From Gammaproteobacteria bacterium (GTDB lineage: Bacteria > Pseudomonadota > Gammaproteobacteria > Eutrophobiales > Eutrophobiaceae), in the NCBI GenBank assembly GCA_965221695.1, contig OZ244905.1:3232001-3296000 (forward strand): DNA of 64,000 nt. Direction: 5' to 3'. Shown here piece by piece: positions 46,857 to 56,717 of this stretch. Under the pieces are notes generated by a model that was given only the letters and a program-made list of their open reading frames with translations, searched no databases and had not been told where the DNA came from. The translations under genes were made by a program, and so were the position numbers. Positions within the stretch are counted from its first letter, which is position 1, and each line of letters starts with the position of its first letter.

Positions 46857-48007
46857 TAACTAACGGCTTCCGTATGCTCTTGTCCTGTCTCCCATTGTGT
46901 TCTCAAGTCATCTATATCGAGATTGTATTTCTGTAGACGTTGTACAAACGGTTTCCAGTGGGTTTCCAGAATCGGCACATCACTATGTTCTCGCATGCGT
47001 TTTATACCCCGTTCACCCGGAAGAAATATCTCATCCACACCAGGCAGATGCAGCGTGGATTTAACTGCTTGGAAAAATCGATCGGTGCGCGCCTTGACAT
47101 CCTCGATTGGACCGAAATGTGAGGGATCAATAACTATCACACAACTGCCACCGACAGTGGTAAAGCCTTTGCGCCGGCGTTGCCATGCTTCTACACCGGT
47201 CGGCAGTTCCGGAGTAACCCGCGCCCCTGGCACGATCATGGCAGCCAGCATTTCAGTGAAGACATTGATGGCGTAAAGGCGAGGAGTTCCAAACACTGTA
47301 GGAGCGCGGGAACCACAGATTCGACCGTATCCTTCCACGGGTACGATATAAGGAGCCGGATCATCGGTCAGTTCAAACGTATCGGGATCCACCATGTATT
47401 TTCCGGACAGGCGCTGATTATTGTAGGCAGCCTCGGACCAGTTACCGTCATGGGCTTCGATACAGGCGATATCAGTGATTAATGGAAAGTCACCACCTGG
47501 TACGGAAGCGCACCACGGCGCCCCGGACAATTTGTTTTCCCTACCTCCCCAAGGCGCGACCAGCGGGGGTGAATTATTGGTAGCCATGGCAAACATATCG
47601 TGTTCCAAGGCCAGCGATGTATAGGCAAAGAAACAACCGGCGTCATTATGGTTTCTACCCATGGCTATGCTAATGCCATGTTCGCGCGCCTTATCGATGG
47701 CCTTAAGGGTGGCCATTTGCAGTGTCCAGAAACCAGTCGACGTCTTGCCGTCGTACAATACCCAAGTGGGTCCTTCATCAACAATTTCAGGAACAGCCTG
47801 CACATCCAGACAGCCGGCCTCAAGCGTGAGAAAAATAACGTCAAGAACGCCCATGCCCTGGGTCAACTTTCCGGTTCGATCACCCATGGATACCCCTCTG
47901 GCAACGGCTTCTGCATGTTCTTCCGAAGCGCCTGCGGCCTGCCACAGTTCCTTGTAGACGAACTCAAGAAAATCAGGGTTTTCGTTTCTGGTTGTCAATT
48001 TGTTCAT
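46856..48007 (-). CDS. Ldh_2 family oxidoreductase (divergent)
   Basis: AIDKAREHGI, NHNDAG, APWGG, IDPSHFG and FLPGE. Confidence 0.82.
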   Translation of the reverse strand: MNKLTTRNENPDFLEFVYKELWQAAGASEEHAEAVARGVSMGDRTGKLTQGMGVLDVIFLTLEAGCLDVQAVPEIVDEGPTWVLYDGKTSTGFWTLQMATLKAIDKAREHGISIAMGRNHNDAGCFFAYTSLALEHDMFAMATNNSPPLVAPWGGRENKLSGAPWCASVPGGDFPLITDIACIEAHDGNWSEAAYNNQRLSGKYMVDPDTFELTDDPAPYIVPVEGYGRICGSRAPTVFGTPRLYAINVFTEMLAAMIVPGARVTPELPTGVEAWQRRRKGFTTVGGSCVIVIDPSHFGPIEDVKARTDRFFQAVKSTLHLPGVDEIFLPGERGIKRMREHSDVPILETHWKPFVQRLQKYNLDIDDLRTQWETGQEHTEAVS

Positions 48008-48061
48008 GGTTAATCTCCCGGAAAATCAGGCTATGTCGGATGTTGCCCGCTCCAGACAGGC

Positions 48062-49135
48062 TCAACTCCAATGGGTTTTTCGCCGTTTGCCCGTGCGCTT
48101 TACCCTGCTTTCCGCCAGGATGCATAACATTTCAAAGCCCAAGGCGGCCGCTATGTTGGCAGAGCTTCCCTGCACATCCACCATTGGGCATAATTCAACA
48201 ATATCGGCGCCGATTATGTTCAGACCGCGCAGGCCGCGAATCAGTTGCCGCACTTCCCTGCTGGTAAAACCAAATGGTTCGGGCAACTGTGTGCCCGGCA
48301 GGTAGGTGGCATCTATACCGTCGCAGTCCATACTGAGGTAGCAGGGCCGATCGCCGACGGTTTTTCTCGCTTCTGCAATCACCGCCGGAAGGCCCATCTC
48401 ATCCACATCATCCATGGTTAATAGGCGCATGCCACTATCATGTGAGAACTCCCAGAATGGTGTTGCCCGCCCTCTGATTCCTATCTGTATCGTGCGTTCC
48501 GGATCTATGGCTTCATCAAGCACGGCATTTCTGAAGACAGCGCCGTCACTCAGTTCTTCACCCTGCATTTCGCCTACCATTGTATCGGCATGCGCGTCTA
48601 TGTGTATCAGTCCTAAAGGTTCGTTTCTTCCGAGCGCCTTCAGAATGGGATGTGAAATCGTGTGCACGCCACCGATCGCCAGGGTGTTGATTCCGGCATC
48701 ATCCAGCAAAGAGAATGTCTTGAAAATATCTTCTACGGTCTGGGCCGTATCATGAGGACGCTGAAATTCAACATCGCCATAATCGGCGATACTGCAGAGT
48801 TCGAACGGGATGGTATTCCAGTGATCGTGGACGGGGCCAAAATGTTTTGACCACTGCCGCACTGCTCGCGGGCCGAACTTGGTCCCGCCGCGATAGGGGG
48901 CGCTGACTTCCATGGGCACGCCGATACAGGCGATATCGGTTTCCTCAGGCGATTGTCTGCGAGGGGCCAGGTAAAAATCGTCAGCCGTGTATAGGGAAGA
49001 TACTGCCAACGCCGGTGACCGTTCCGTAATGCAGCGTTCAAAAAATGCCCGCAGTTCCGGGTCGCGGTGATGAGTGAACGGACGGTCTGCCAGTTGCCTG
49101 TAGTACTCGAGTTTTTTCGGGTCAAGTCCAGCCAA
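48062..49135 (-). CDS. Agmatinase-family ureohydrolase
   Basis: GTKFGPRAVR, GGVHTIS, IDAHAD, DCDGID..PGT and VELCP. Confidence 0.9.
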   Translation of the reverse strand: MAGLDPKKLEYYRQLADRPFTHHRDPELRAFFERCITERSPALAVSSLYTADDFYLAPRRQSPEETDIACIGVPMEVSAPYRGGTKFGPRAVRQWSKHFGPVHDHWNTIPFELCSIADYGDVEFQRPHDTAQTVEDIFKTFSLLDDAGINTLAIGGVHTISHPILKALGRNEPLGLIHIDAHADTMVGEMQGEELSDGAVFRNAVLDEAIDPERTIQIGIRGRATPFWEFSHDSGMRLLTMDDVDEMGLPAVIAEARKTVGDRPCYLSMDCDGIDATYLPGTQLPEPFGFTSREVRQLIRGLRGLNIIGADIVELCPMVDVQGSSANIAAALGFEMLCILAESRVKRTGKRRKTHWS

Positions 49136-49153
49136 ATTTATCTACCGAGTAAA

Positions 49154-49957
49154 TTAAAGGCCCTGTGCCAGCCCGCCGGCAACGGGCAGAGCAATGCCTG
49201 TGATATAACTGGAAGTTGGGCTCGCCAGCCAGGCTACCGCTTCGGCAACTTCCTCCGGTTCGGCCGGCCGCTTCATAGCGATAGCTTCATCTTCCAGTCT
49301 TTCCGCATGTTCCGGGCTGATCCCATGTTTTTCAGCAATTCTTGAGATTGCATTCTGTCGCAATGCAGTGTTAACCACGCCGGGGCAAATTGCGTTACAA
49401 CGAATACCCATGTCCGCGTATTCCAGAGCAATGGCCTTGGTCAAGCCGATGACAGCAAACTTGGTCGCAGTGTAACTCGCAGGTATCGCGTCAAGCGCGC
49501 CAAGACCACATATCGACGCATTGTTGATAATTACACCGCTGCGCTGATCAATCATGTGCGGCAGCACCGCGCGGCAGAACGCCGCGGTTCCCCTGACATT
49601 GACCTGATAAGCAAGGTCCCAGTCCAAATCTTCAATATCAGCAAACTTTGTTGCTGTAGCGGATACACCAGCGTTATTGATCATTGCGTCCACATGCCCG
49701 AACCGGTCAAGAACCTGTTTTACAGTTGAAAACACGTCAGCGCTATTGATGTTGTTACATTCCAGTGCAACCGTCTGCGCGCCGGTCTCCCGTATCTCAT
49801 CGGCAACTTCTCCAAGCCCTGTTTTACCAGGCATATCGGTGATAGCAATATTATATCCGTCGGCTGCGAGTCGCAGCGCTATCGAACGGCCAATTCCCAT
49901 ATTTGATCCGGCGCCTGTAATTATTGCAAGCTTTTTCCGGGAAATTGCATCAGGCAC
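49154..49957 (-). CDS. SDR family oxidoreductase
   Basis: TGAGSNMGIG, NNAG and YTATK motifs; start uncertain. Confidence 0.9.
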   Translation of the reverse strand: MPDAISRKKLAIITGAGSNMGIGRSIALRLAADGYNIAITDMPGKTGLGEVADEIRETGAQTVALECNNINSADVFSTVKQVLDRFGHVDAMINNAGVSATATKFADIEDLDWDLAYQVNVRGTAAFCRAVLPHMIDQRSGVIINNASICGLGALDAIPASYTATKFAVIGLTKAIALEYADMGIRCNAICPGVVNTALRQNAISRIAEKHGISPEHAERLEDEAIAMKRPAEPEEVAEAVAWLASPTSSYITGIALPVAGGLAQGL

Positions 49958-50091
49958 TGGTCGATATCCAAACGCTAACAAGCGGCGCGCAAGCCTGGTT
50001 TGTTTACCAAGCTGATAGGGTGTAACTTATGAAGTTCTTTGTTGTTATAACCCACCAATATATAGTAGCATAAGGCCGCAGAGATATACAC

Positions 50092-50502
50092 ATGAGCAGC
50101 AGAATTTCAGACAAGTCTTGGAAAGAGTTCAGCGGCGCGGATTTTATCGATGACCTAAAGGGTAGGGATGTCGAACGCGCCTTAAGCTGGCTTGCCGATG
50201 ATTTCGTCTGGCATGTCCCTGGCGCCAAGGAGTTTGGCGGCGGCGCCTATTACGGCGCGGAGGGGTTGAAACAATTTGCCGCGCTGTCAAAACGGTTTTT
50301 TCCTGAATCGTTGAAACGGGTATGGCAACGTGAATGGCATGCACCCGGGGCAACGATCCTGGAAGCAACTCTGGAAGGGCCAGCGGCAACAGGGCTTCTG
50401 TATCGTAATGACTACGTGTTCCTGTTCGTCCACAACACTGAGGGCAGGATTATGGAAGTCAGGGAATACCAGGATATTGAACCCTTACGCGCCGTTATGT
50501 AG
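50092..50502 (+). CDS. NTF2/SnoaL-like family protein
   Basis: [20 protein letters not shown] and [10 protein letters not shown]. Confidence 0.82.
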   Translation: MSSRISDKSWKEFSGADFIDDLKGRDVERALSWLADDFVWHVPGAKEFGGGAYYGAEGLKQFAALSKRFFPESLKRVWQREWHAPGATILEATLEGPAATGLLYRNDYVFLFVHNTEGRIMEVREYQDIEPLRAVM

Positions 50503-51913
50503 CCTTTAGCAGGCCCTCGCGAACCAATTCACCAGCTACCTTATCCACAGCTTTGCCGGTTAATTCGATGATTTGATCGATGTCCGCGGGACTGACGATC
50601 AAAGGCGGGGCAAAACCGAGAATATCCCCATGGGGCATGGCCCGAGCAATCAGTCCTTGCTCCAGGCAGGCTGCAGCAACTCGGGGGCCGACCTTCAGGG
50701 ACATGTCGAAACGTTCTTTTCTTGCCTTATCCGCTACGAATTCCAGCGCGCCGAGCAGCCCCTCTCCGCGCGCTTCGCCGACCAGGGGGTGATCGGTAAA
50801 GGTTTCGCGCAGACGCTGCTGGAAGTAGACGCCGGTTTTTCTTGCATTGCCAACAATGCCTTCCTGCTCAATGATATCCAGGTTGGCAATACCTGCCGCC
50901 ATTGCCAGGGCATGGGCGGAATAGGTCCAGCCATGACCGATAGGCCCGAACTGTTCGGAACCCTGCTCCAATACTTCCCAGACCTTGTCGCCGACTATCA
51001 CGCCGGATAACGGCAGGTAACCGCTGGTAAGTCCTTTGGCGATCGTGATGAGGTCCGGTTCAATGCCGTAACGTTCACAGCCGAAGTCATGGCCGATGCG
51101 GCCGAAGGCAGTCACCACTTCGTCGGCAATCAGCAGAATATCGTATTTTTTCAGAACTGACTGGACGGCAGGCCAGTAACCTTCAGGCGGCGGAATAATG
51201 CCGCCGGTGCCCATTACCGGTTCGCCGATGAACGCAGCGATTGTATCCGGCCCCTCGGCGAGTATCAGTTTTTCCAGTTCCGCAGCGCAATACCATGAAA
51301 ATTCCTGCTCACTCATGTCTTCCTGTGCGCCGTAATAATAATGTGGGGTAAGCGTATGTTTCACCGTGTCAACAGGCAAGTTGAAATGGTTCTGGAACAC
51401 GGCCAGGCCGGTCAGGCTGCCGGTGATAATGCCGGAACCGTGATAACCGCGCAGGCGCGAGATGATCTTGTTTTTTTGCGGACGCCCGAGCACATTGTTG
51501 TAGTACCAGACCAGTTTGACCTGGGTTTCATTGGCATCGGAACCGGACATGCCGTAATAGACTTTGCTCATGCCGTCCGGAGCCATTTCGATAATTCGTT
51601 TTGACAGTTCGATAACAACCTCGCTGGAATGGCCAACGTAGGTGTGGTAGTAAGCCAGCTTTTTTGCTTGGGCATGAATCGCGTCGGCGATTTCCATGCG
51701 GCCGTAACCGACATTAACACAATACAACCCGGCAAAGGCATCCAGCAGTGTATTGCCCTTGTTATCCCGGATATGAATGCCTTTGCCGGAATCGATGATA
51801 CGCGGGGTGCCCAGGACACCACTGGCATGGGCCTTCAGGTCGGTAGAGGCATGGAATACCGTCTGCCGGTCCAGTTCTTCCAGGCTCAGTTTGTCGTCAA
51901 ATTGTTTGGGCAT
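50495..51913 (-). CDS. doeD: Class III aminotransferase, DoeD/Atf-like (diaminobutyrate transaminase)
   Basis: [51 protein letters not shown] and [15 protein letters not shown]. Confidence 0.8.
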   Translation of the reverse strand: MPKQFDDKLSLEELDRQTVFHASTDLKAHASGVLGTPRIIDSGKGIHIRDNKGNTLLDAFAGLYCVNVGYGRMEIADAIHAQAKKLAYYHTYVGHSSEVVIELSKRIIEMAPDGMSKVYYGMSGSDANETQVKLVWYYNNVLGRPQKNKIISRLRGYHGSGIITGSLTGLAVFQNHFNLPVDTVKHTLTPHYYYGAQEDMSEQEFSWYCAAELEKLILAEGPDTIAAFIGEPVMGTGGIIPPPEGYWPAVQSVLKKYDILLIADEVVTAFGRIGHDFGCERYGIEPDLITIAKGLTSGYLPLSGVIVGDKVWEVLEQGSEQFGPIGHGWTYSAHALAMAAGIANLDIIEQEGIVGNARKTGVYFQQRLRETFTDHPLVGEARGEGLLGALEFVADKARKERFDMSLKVGPRVAAACLEQGLIARAMPHGDILGFAPPLIVSPADIDQIIELTGKAVDKVAGELVREGLLKAT

Positions 51914-52247
51914 ATTCGGTTCACCGGTAATAAGATATCAGAACAATTATTTCATTTACTGCTTGTTTTATACAAATTATATGGGTTTGGATATGGGAAC
52001 CAACAACCAGGAACACAACTAAGAACGCTTATTTCGCCGCTTCTGCTATAGACTCCTGCCGCCTGTTGTGCTATAAAACCATTCCTTGACGCAATACTGC
52101 GTTAACGGGCGGTCTGGTCAAACAGCCGTCCGTGTCTTCTTGAGGGTGATGCCCTGGAATTCCCTGTACTGAACAGCTAGCGCTGTAGAAGTACGTCCCG
52201 TTGTTTTAAATCATGTCAGCCCTGGCCGGATCAGGGCATGCTAATTT

Positions 52248-52323
52248 GAGAGCACAACAAACATCGCATTTTTGTTGTGCGTGCTGTGACAAATCCAGGG
52301 CGGACTTGTCAGAGCTTCACTAA
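52248..52323 (-). repeat. Inverted partial copy of the MITE-like element in the sgaA leader
   Basis: Reverse complement matches hairpins 1-2 and the left end of the 22457-22616 element. Confidence 0.8.
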
Positions 52324-52345
52324 ATTAAACCTGGAGAAAAAAACT

Positions 52346-53524
52346 ATGCCCGGTCGAAATTTTTTACATATACCCGGCCCGACCATCGTGCCCCAGCGCA
52401 TTCGCAACGCCATGGCGATAGAACAGGAAGACATGCGCGCAGTGGATTTTCCTGAATTCACCCTGCCGCTGTTTAACGACCTGAAAAAGATATTCAAAAC
52501 TGAAACGGGGCGGGCATTCATCTTTCCCTCTTCCGGCACTGGAGCCTGGGAAGCCGCCATCAGCAACACCTTGTCGCCGGGTGATAAAGTCCTGATGTCG
52601 CACTTCGGCCAGTTCAGCATGTTGTGGGTGGACATGTGCCGGCGTCACGGCCTGGACGTGAACGCCATTGAGATGGACTGGGGTGACGGCGTGCCCGTGG
52701 AGCGCTACGCAGAAATTCTGAAGGCGGACACCAACAAGGAAATCAAGGCCGTGTTCGCGACCCATAATGAGACTGCGACCGGGGTGAGAAGCGATATTCA
52801 TGGTGTTCGCAAGGCCCTGGACGATGTGGATCATCCGGCCATGTTATATGTCGATGCGGTAAGCTCACTGGCCAGCCTGGACTTTCGCATGGATGAATGG
52901 GGTGTGGACCTGGCAGTCTCCGGTTCACAGAAGGGGTTCATGCTGCCCACCGGCCTTGGCATTATCGGTGTCAGTGAAAAAGCCCTGGCCGCACGCGCCG
53001 ATGCAAGCCTGCCGCGCACGTATTTCTCTTTCGACGACATGATTGCGGCAAACGACAACGGTTACTTCCCCTATACCCCCAATACCATCTATCTCAGGGG
53101 CTTGCGGGAATCCATCAACATGCTGTTGGAGGAAGGGCTGGACAACGTGTTTGCCCGCCATAACCGCATGGCCGTCGCAGTGCGCAAGGCAGTGGCGGTA
53201 TGGGGCCTGTCCCTGGTCGCAAAAGATGAGAAATGGTATTCCGATACGGTCAGCGCCGTGCGCGTGCCGGACGGCATCGACGGCAATGAGGTGGCGCGCC
53301 ACAGCTACAAGTACTACAACGTTGCCTTGTCCATCAGCCTCGGCAAGATTGCCGGCCAGGCATTTCGTATCGGCCACCTGGGCGATTTGAATGAAGTCAT
53401 GGTCCTGACCCCGCTGAATGCAGCGGAGATGTCCATGAAAGACCTGGGCATCGATATTGAACTTGGCAGCGGCGTGGCTGCCGCGCAGGAATACCTGCGC
53501 ACTACCCGCCAGGCCAGGTTCTGA
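52346..53524 (+). CDS. sgaA: Serine--glyoxylate aminotransferase
   Basis: MPGRNFLHIPGPT, PSSGTGAWE, HNETATG and SGSQKG; serine-cycle context. Confidence 0.9.
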   Translation: MPGRNFLHIPGPTIVPQRIRNAMAIEQEDMRAVDFPEFTLPLFNDLKKIFKTETGRAFIFPSSGTGAWEAAISNTLSPGDKVLMSHFGQFSMLWVDMCRRHGLDVNAIEMDWGDGVPVERYAEILKADTNKEIKAVFATHNETATGVRSDIHGVRKALDDVDHPAMLYVDAVSSLASLDFRMDEWGVDLAVSGSQKGFMLPTGLGIIGVSEKALAARADASLPRTYFSFDDMIAANDNGYFPYTPNTIYLRGLRESINMLLEEGLDNVFARHNRMAVAVRKAVAVWGLSLVAKDEKWYSDTVSAVRVPDGIDGNEVARHSYKYYNVALSISLGKIAGQAFRIGHLGDLNEVMVLTPLNAAEMSMKDLGIDIELGSGVAAAQEYLRTTRQARF

Positions 53525-54468
53525 TGAGTTTTACCCAGTACCCACCAGCGCCGGCGCGCTTGCAGCGCAGTGAACTCGCGGTGCCGGGTTCCAACCCCGA
53601 TATGTTTGCAAAAGCGGCCGGCTCCGCCGCGGATTTCATCTTCCTGGACTGCGAGGACGCAGTGATTCCGGATGACAAGCCCCAGGCGAGGAAAAATATC
53701 ATCGCGGCCCTGAACGAGATCGACTGGCAGGGGAAAACCATGTCGGTGCGCATCAATGGACTGGACACGCATTATATGTATCGGGATGTCGTGGATATCG
53801 TGGAACAGGCCGGCGCCAGGCTTGATACCGTGCTGATCCCCAAGGTGGGCACGGCGGCGGATGTCTACATGGTGGATTGTTTGCTGACCCAGATTGAGGA
53901 AGCAACAGGACTGAAAAACAGAATCGGCATAGAATGCCTGATTGAGACCGCGTTGGGCGGCGCTAATGTCATGTCGATCGCGCAATCCTCCCCGCGCCTC
54001 GAAGCGTTACACTTCGGGGTCGCGGACTATGCCGCGAGCATGCGGGCGCGCACCGTGAACATTGGTGGACTGAACCCGGATTACCATTGCGACGGTGCGC
54101 TGGGCGACCAGTGGCATGCGGCGCTGGTGAATATCGTCACCGCATGCCGGGCTTTCGGATTGCGCGCCATTGACGGGCCGTTCGGTGATTTCAATGACCC
54201 CGAGGGTTACGTCGCCGCGGCCAAGCGCGTGGCGGCTTTGGGTTATGAAGGCAAATGGGCGATCCATCCCAACCAGATTGCGCTGGCCAATGACATCATG
54301 TCGCCGCCGGAAGCGGAGGTAACCCGGGCGCGGCGTATACTGGAGGCCTTGCAGGAAGCCGCGCGCCAGGGCAAGGGCGCGGCACAACTGGACGGTAAGA
54401 TGATCGATGCCGCATCGGAACGCATGGCGAGGAATATCGTACAGCAGGCAGAATTGATAAACAGGTAA
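53524..54468 (+). CDS. mcl: Malyl-CoA lyase
   Basis: RLQRSELAVPGSN, LDCEDAV, RINGLDTHYMYRDV, HFGVADYAAS and IDGPFGDF. Confidence 0.93.
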   Translation: MSFTQYPPAPARLQRSELAVPGSNPDMFAKAAGSAADFIFLDCEDAVIPDDKPQARKNIIAALNEIDWQGKTMSVRINGLDTHYMYRDVVDIVEQAGARLDTVLIPKVGTAADVYMVDCLLTQIEEATGLKNRIGIECLIETALGGANVMSIAQSSPRLEALHFGVADYAASMRARTVNIGGLNPDYHCDGALGDQWHAALVNIVTACRAFGLRAIDGPFGDFNDPEGYVAAAKRVAALGYEGKWAIHPNQIALANDIMSPPEAEVTRARRILEALQEAARQGKGAAQLDGKMIDAASERMARNIVQQAELINR

Positions 54469-54602
54469 TAACATGGATGGACAGGATATACAGGATCTTA
54501 TCAGGGGACACAATGATATCGGGGTCAGAGTAGGCAATTTGTCAGAAATTTTGCTCTGACCCATGTAATTGAACGAATAGTACAATCTATGAGGTAACAC
54601 GA

Positions 54603-55790
54603 GTGGAAATTCACGAATACCAGGCCAAAGAAATCCTGTCGGATTTTGGCGTGCCAATTCCCCGCGGGGGACTGGCATACAGTCCGGAACAGGCGGTGTA
54701 CCGCACCCATGAAATAGGCGGCGACGCCTGGGTGGTCAAGGCGCAGATTCACTCCGGCGGACGCGGCAAGGCCGGCGGGATTAAGTTCTGCCGGGATGAC
54801 GAAGAAATATGGAACGCAGCAGACGAACTGCTCGGTCGCAGGCTGATAACCAACCAGACCGGCAACGCCGGCAAGATCATCCACAGGTTGTATGTTGAAG
54901 AGGCCAGCGACATCGCCAATGAGTATTACATCGGTTTCGTTCTGGATCGGCAGAAAGAAAGAATTTCTGTCGTTGCCTCTTCCGAGGGCGGCGTGGAGAT
55001 CGAGGAAATAGCCCTGGAGAGACCGGATTCACTGATACGTGTCACGGTTGAACCGGCAGTCGGTATGCAGCCTTTCCAGGCCAGGGAAATCGCGTTCAAG
55101 CTGGGCATAGACAAGTCCCTGGTCAGCCAGGCCATTACCACGCTTTTGGGCTGTTACCGGGCGTTTCGGGACTTGGATGCGACAATGGTGGAGATCAACC
55201 CGCTGGTCGTGACCGCGGACAACCACCTGCTGGCGCTGGATGCGAAAATGGGGTTTGACGATAATGCCTTGTTCCGGCGTCCCAATATATCCGAGCTGCG
55301 CGACAAATCCCAGGAAGACCCGCGGGAAATGAAGGCGGCCGATCGCGGTCTGAGTTATGTTGGCCTGGAAGGCAATATCGGTTGTATCATCAACGGCGCC
55401 GGTCTGGCCATGGCCACGATGGACATGATCAAGCATGCCGGCGGCGAACCAGCCAACTTTCTTGATATAGGCGGCGGCGCCTCGCCGGAGCGCGTGGCAA
55501 AGGCCATTAACCTGGTCCTGGGCGACAAGAATGTCAAGGCCGTGCTGGTGAATATCTTTGCCGGTATTAACCGTTGTGACTGGGTTGCCGAGGGCATAGT
55601 CCAGGCCGTAAGCAAGATAGAAACGAATTTGCCGTTCGTTGTCCGGTTGTCGGGCACCAACGTGGAAGCAGGCAGGGAAATCCTGAAAAACAGCGGGCTG
55701 CCAATCATCATGGCGGAAACCCTGCACGAGGCCGCGGAGAAAGCCGTTACCGCGTGGCAGGACTACGAGAAAAACCGGGGTGAACTGTAA
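54603..55790 (+). CDS. mtkA: Malate--CoA ligase large (beta) subunit
   Basis: [31 protein letters not shown] and [11 protein letters not shown] (Mtk-type rather than SucC GGIVRCD). Confidence 0.92.
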   Translation: MEIHEYQAKEILSDFGVPIPRGGLAYSPEQAVYRTHEIGGDAWVVKAQIHSGGRGKAGGIKFCRDDEEIWNAADELLGRRLITNQTGNAGKIIHRLYVEEASDIANEYYIGFVLDRQKERISVVASSEGGVEIEEIALERPDSLIRVTVEPAVGMQPFQAREIAFKLGIDKSLVSQAITTLLGCYRAFRDLDATMVEINPLVVTADNHLLALDAKMGFDDNALFRRPNISELRDKSQEDPREMKAADRGLSYVGLEGNIGCIINGAGLAMATMDMIKHAGGEPANFLDIGGGASPERVAKAINLVLGDKNVKAVLVNIFAGINRCDWVAEGIVQAVSKIETNLPFVVRLSGTNVEAGREILKNSGLPIIMAETLHEAAEKAVTAWQDYEKNRGEL

Positions 55791-56677
55791 TGGCGATATT
55801 GATTGACGACAATTCTAAAGTCCTGGTCCAGGGCTTTACCGGGCAGATCGGTTCGTTCCATTCGCGGGACATGATCAACTACGGAACCAACATCGTAGGT
55901 GGCGTGACCCCGGGCAAGGGTGGAACCACCCACCTGGATCGCCCGGTTTTCGACACCGTAAAGGAAGCGGTAGCCGAGACCGGCGCGGATAGCAGCATTA
56001 TATTCATCCCACCGCCTTTCGCCGCCGACGGTATCATGGAGGCCGCGGATGCGGGGATAAAATACTGTGTCTGCATTACTGACGGGATTCCCGCGCATGA
56101 CATGATTCGGGTAAAACGCTACATGCGGCGTTACCGGGCAGAGGACAAGATGGTGCTGACCGGGCCCAACTGCGCCGGCACCATCAGCCCCGGCAAGGCA
56201 ATGCTGGGCATCATGCCTGGGCATATCTACCTGCCCGGCAGGGTGGGTGTGATAGGCCGTTCCGGTACCCTGGGATACGAGGCCGCGTCGCAGATGAAGG
56301 CCGAGGGGATTGGCGTGTCCACCAGTGTCGGTATCGGCGGCGACCCCATTAACGGCAGTTCGTTCAAGGACCACCTGGTCAGGTTTGAACAAGACCCGGA
56401 GACCGATGCCGTGGTGATGATAGGCGAGATCGGCGGCCCGCAGGAAGCCGAAGCTGCCGAGTTCTATCGGGATAACATGAAAAAGCCGGTGATCGGATAC
56501 ATTGCCGGGTTGACCGCGCCCAAGGGCAAACGCATGGGACACGCCGGGGCCATTATTTCCGCATTCGGCGAGAGCGCCGCTGAGAAAGTGGAAATCCTGC
56601 AGGAATGCGGCGTGACTATCGTGTCCAGGCCGTCCGAATTCGGGAATACCGTAAAATCGGCGCTGGCTTCGCTGTAA
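55790..56677 (+). CDS. mtkB: Malate--CoA ligase small (alpha) subunit
   Basis: QGFTG, ITDGIPAHDM, GPNCAG and RMGHAGA. Confidence 0.92.
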   Translation: MAILIDDNSKVLVQGFTGQIGSFHSRDMINYGTNIVGGVTPGKGGTTHLDRPVFDTVKEAVAETGADSSIIFIPPPFAADGIMEAADAGIKYCVCITDGIPAHDMIRVKRYMRRYRAEDKMVLTGPNCAGTISPGKAMLGIMPGHIYLPGRVGVIGRSGTLGYEAASQMKAEGIGVSTSVGIGGDPINGSSFKDHLVRFEQDPETDAVVMIGEIGGPQEAEAAEFYRDNMKKPVIGYIAGLTAPKGKRMGHAGAIISAFGESAAEKVEILQECGVTIVSRPSEFGNTVKSALASL

Positions 56678-56717
56678 TTCATGTATCGCCGTGATCAACT
56701 GAGGAAGCACAGACAAT

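Noticed and set aside
51963-51975. TTGT-N5-ACAA upstream of the doeD-like gene as a GntR/EnuR operator
   Set aside because: A single short AT-rich palindrome with no cognate regulator nearby is too weak to call.
54603-56677. sucCD (succinyl-CoA synthetase)
   Set aside because: The [11 protein letters not shown] and ITDGIP signatures and the mcl/sgaA/ppc context indicate malate thiokinase.
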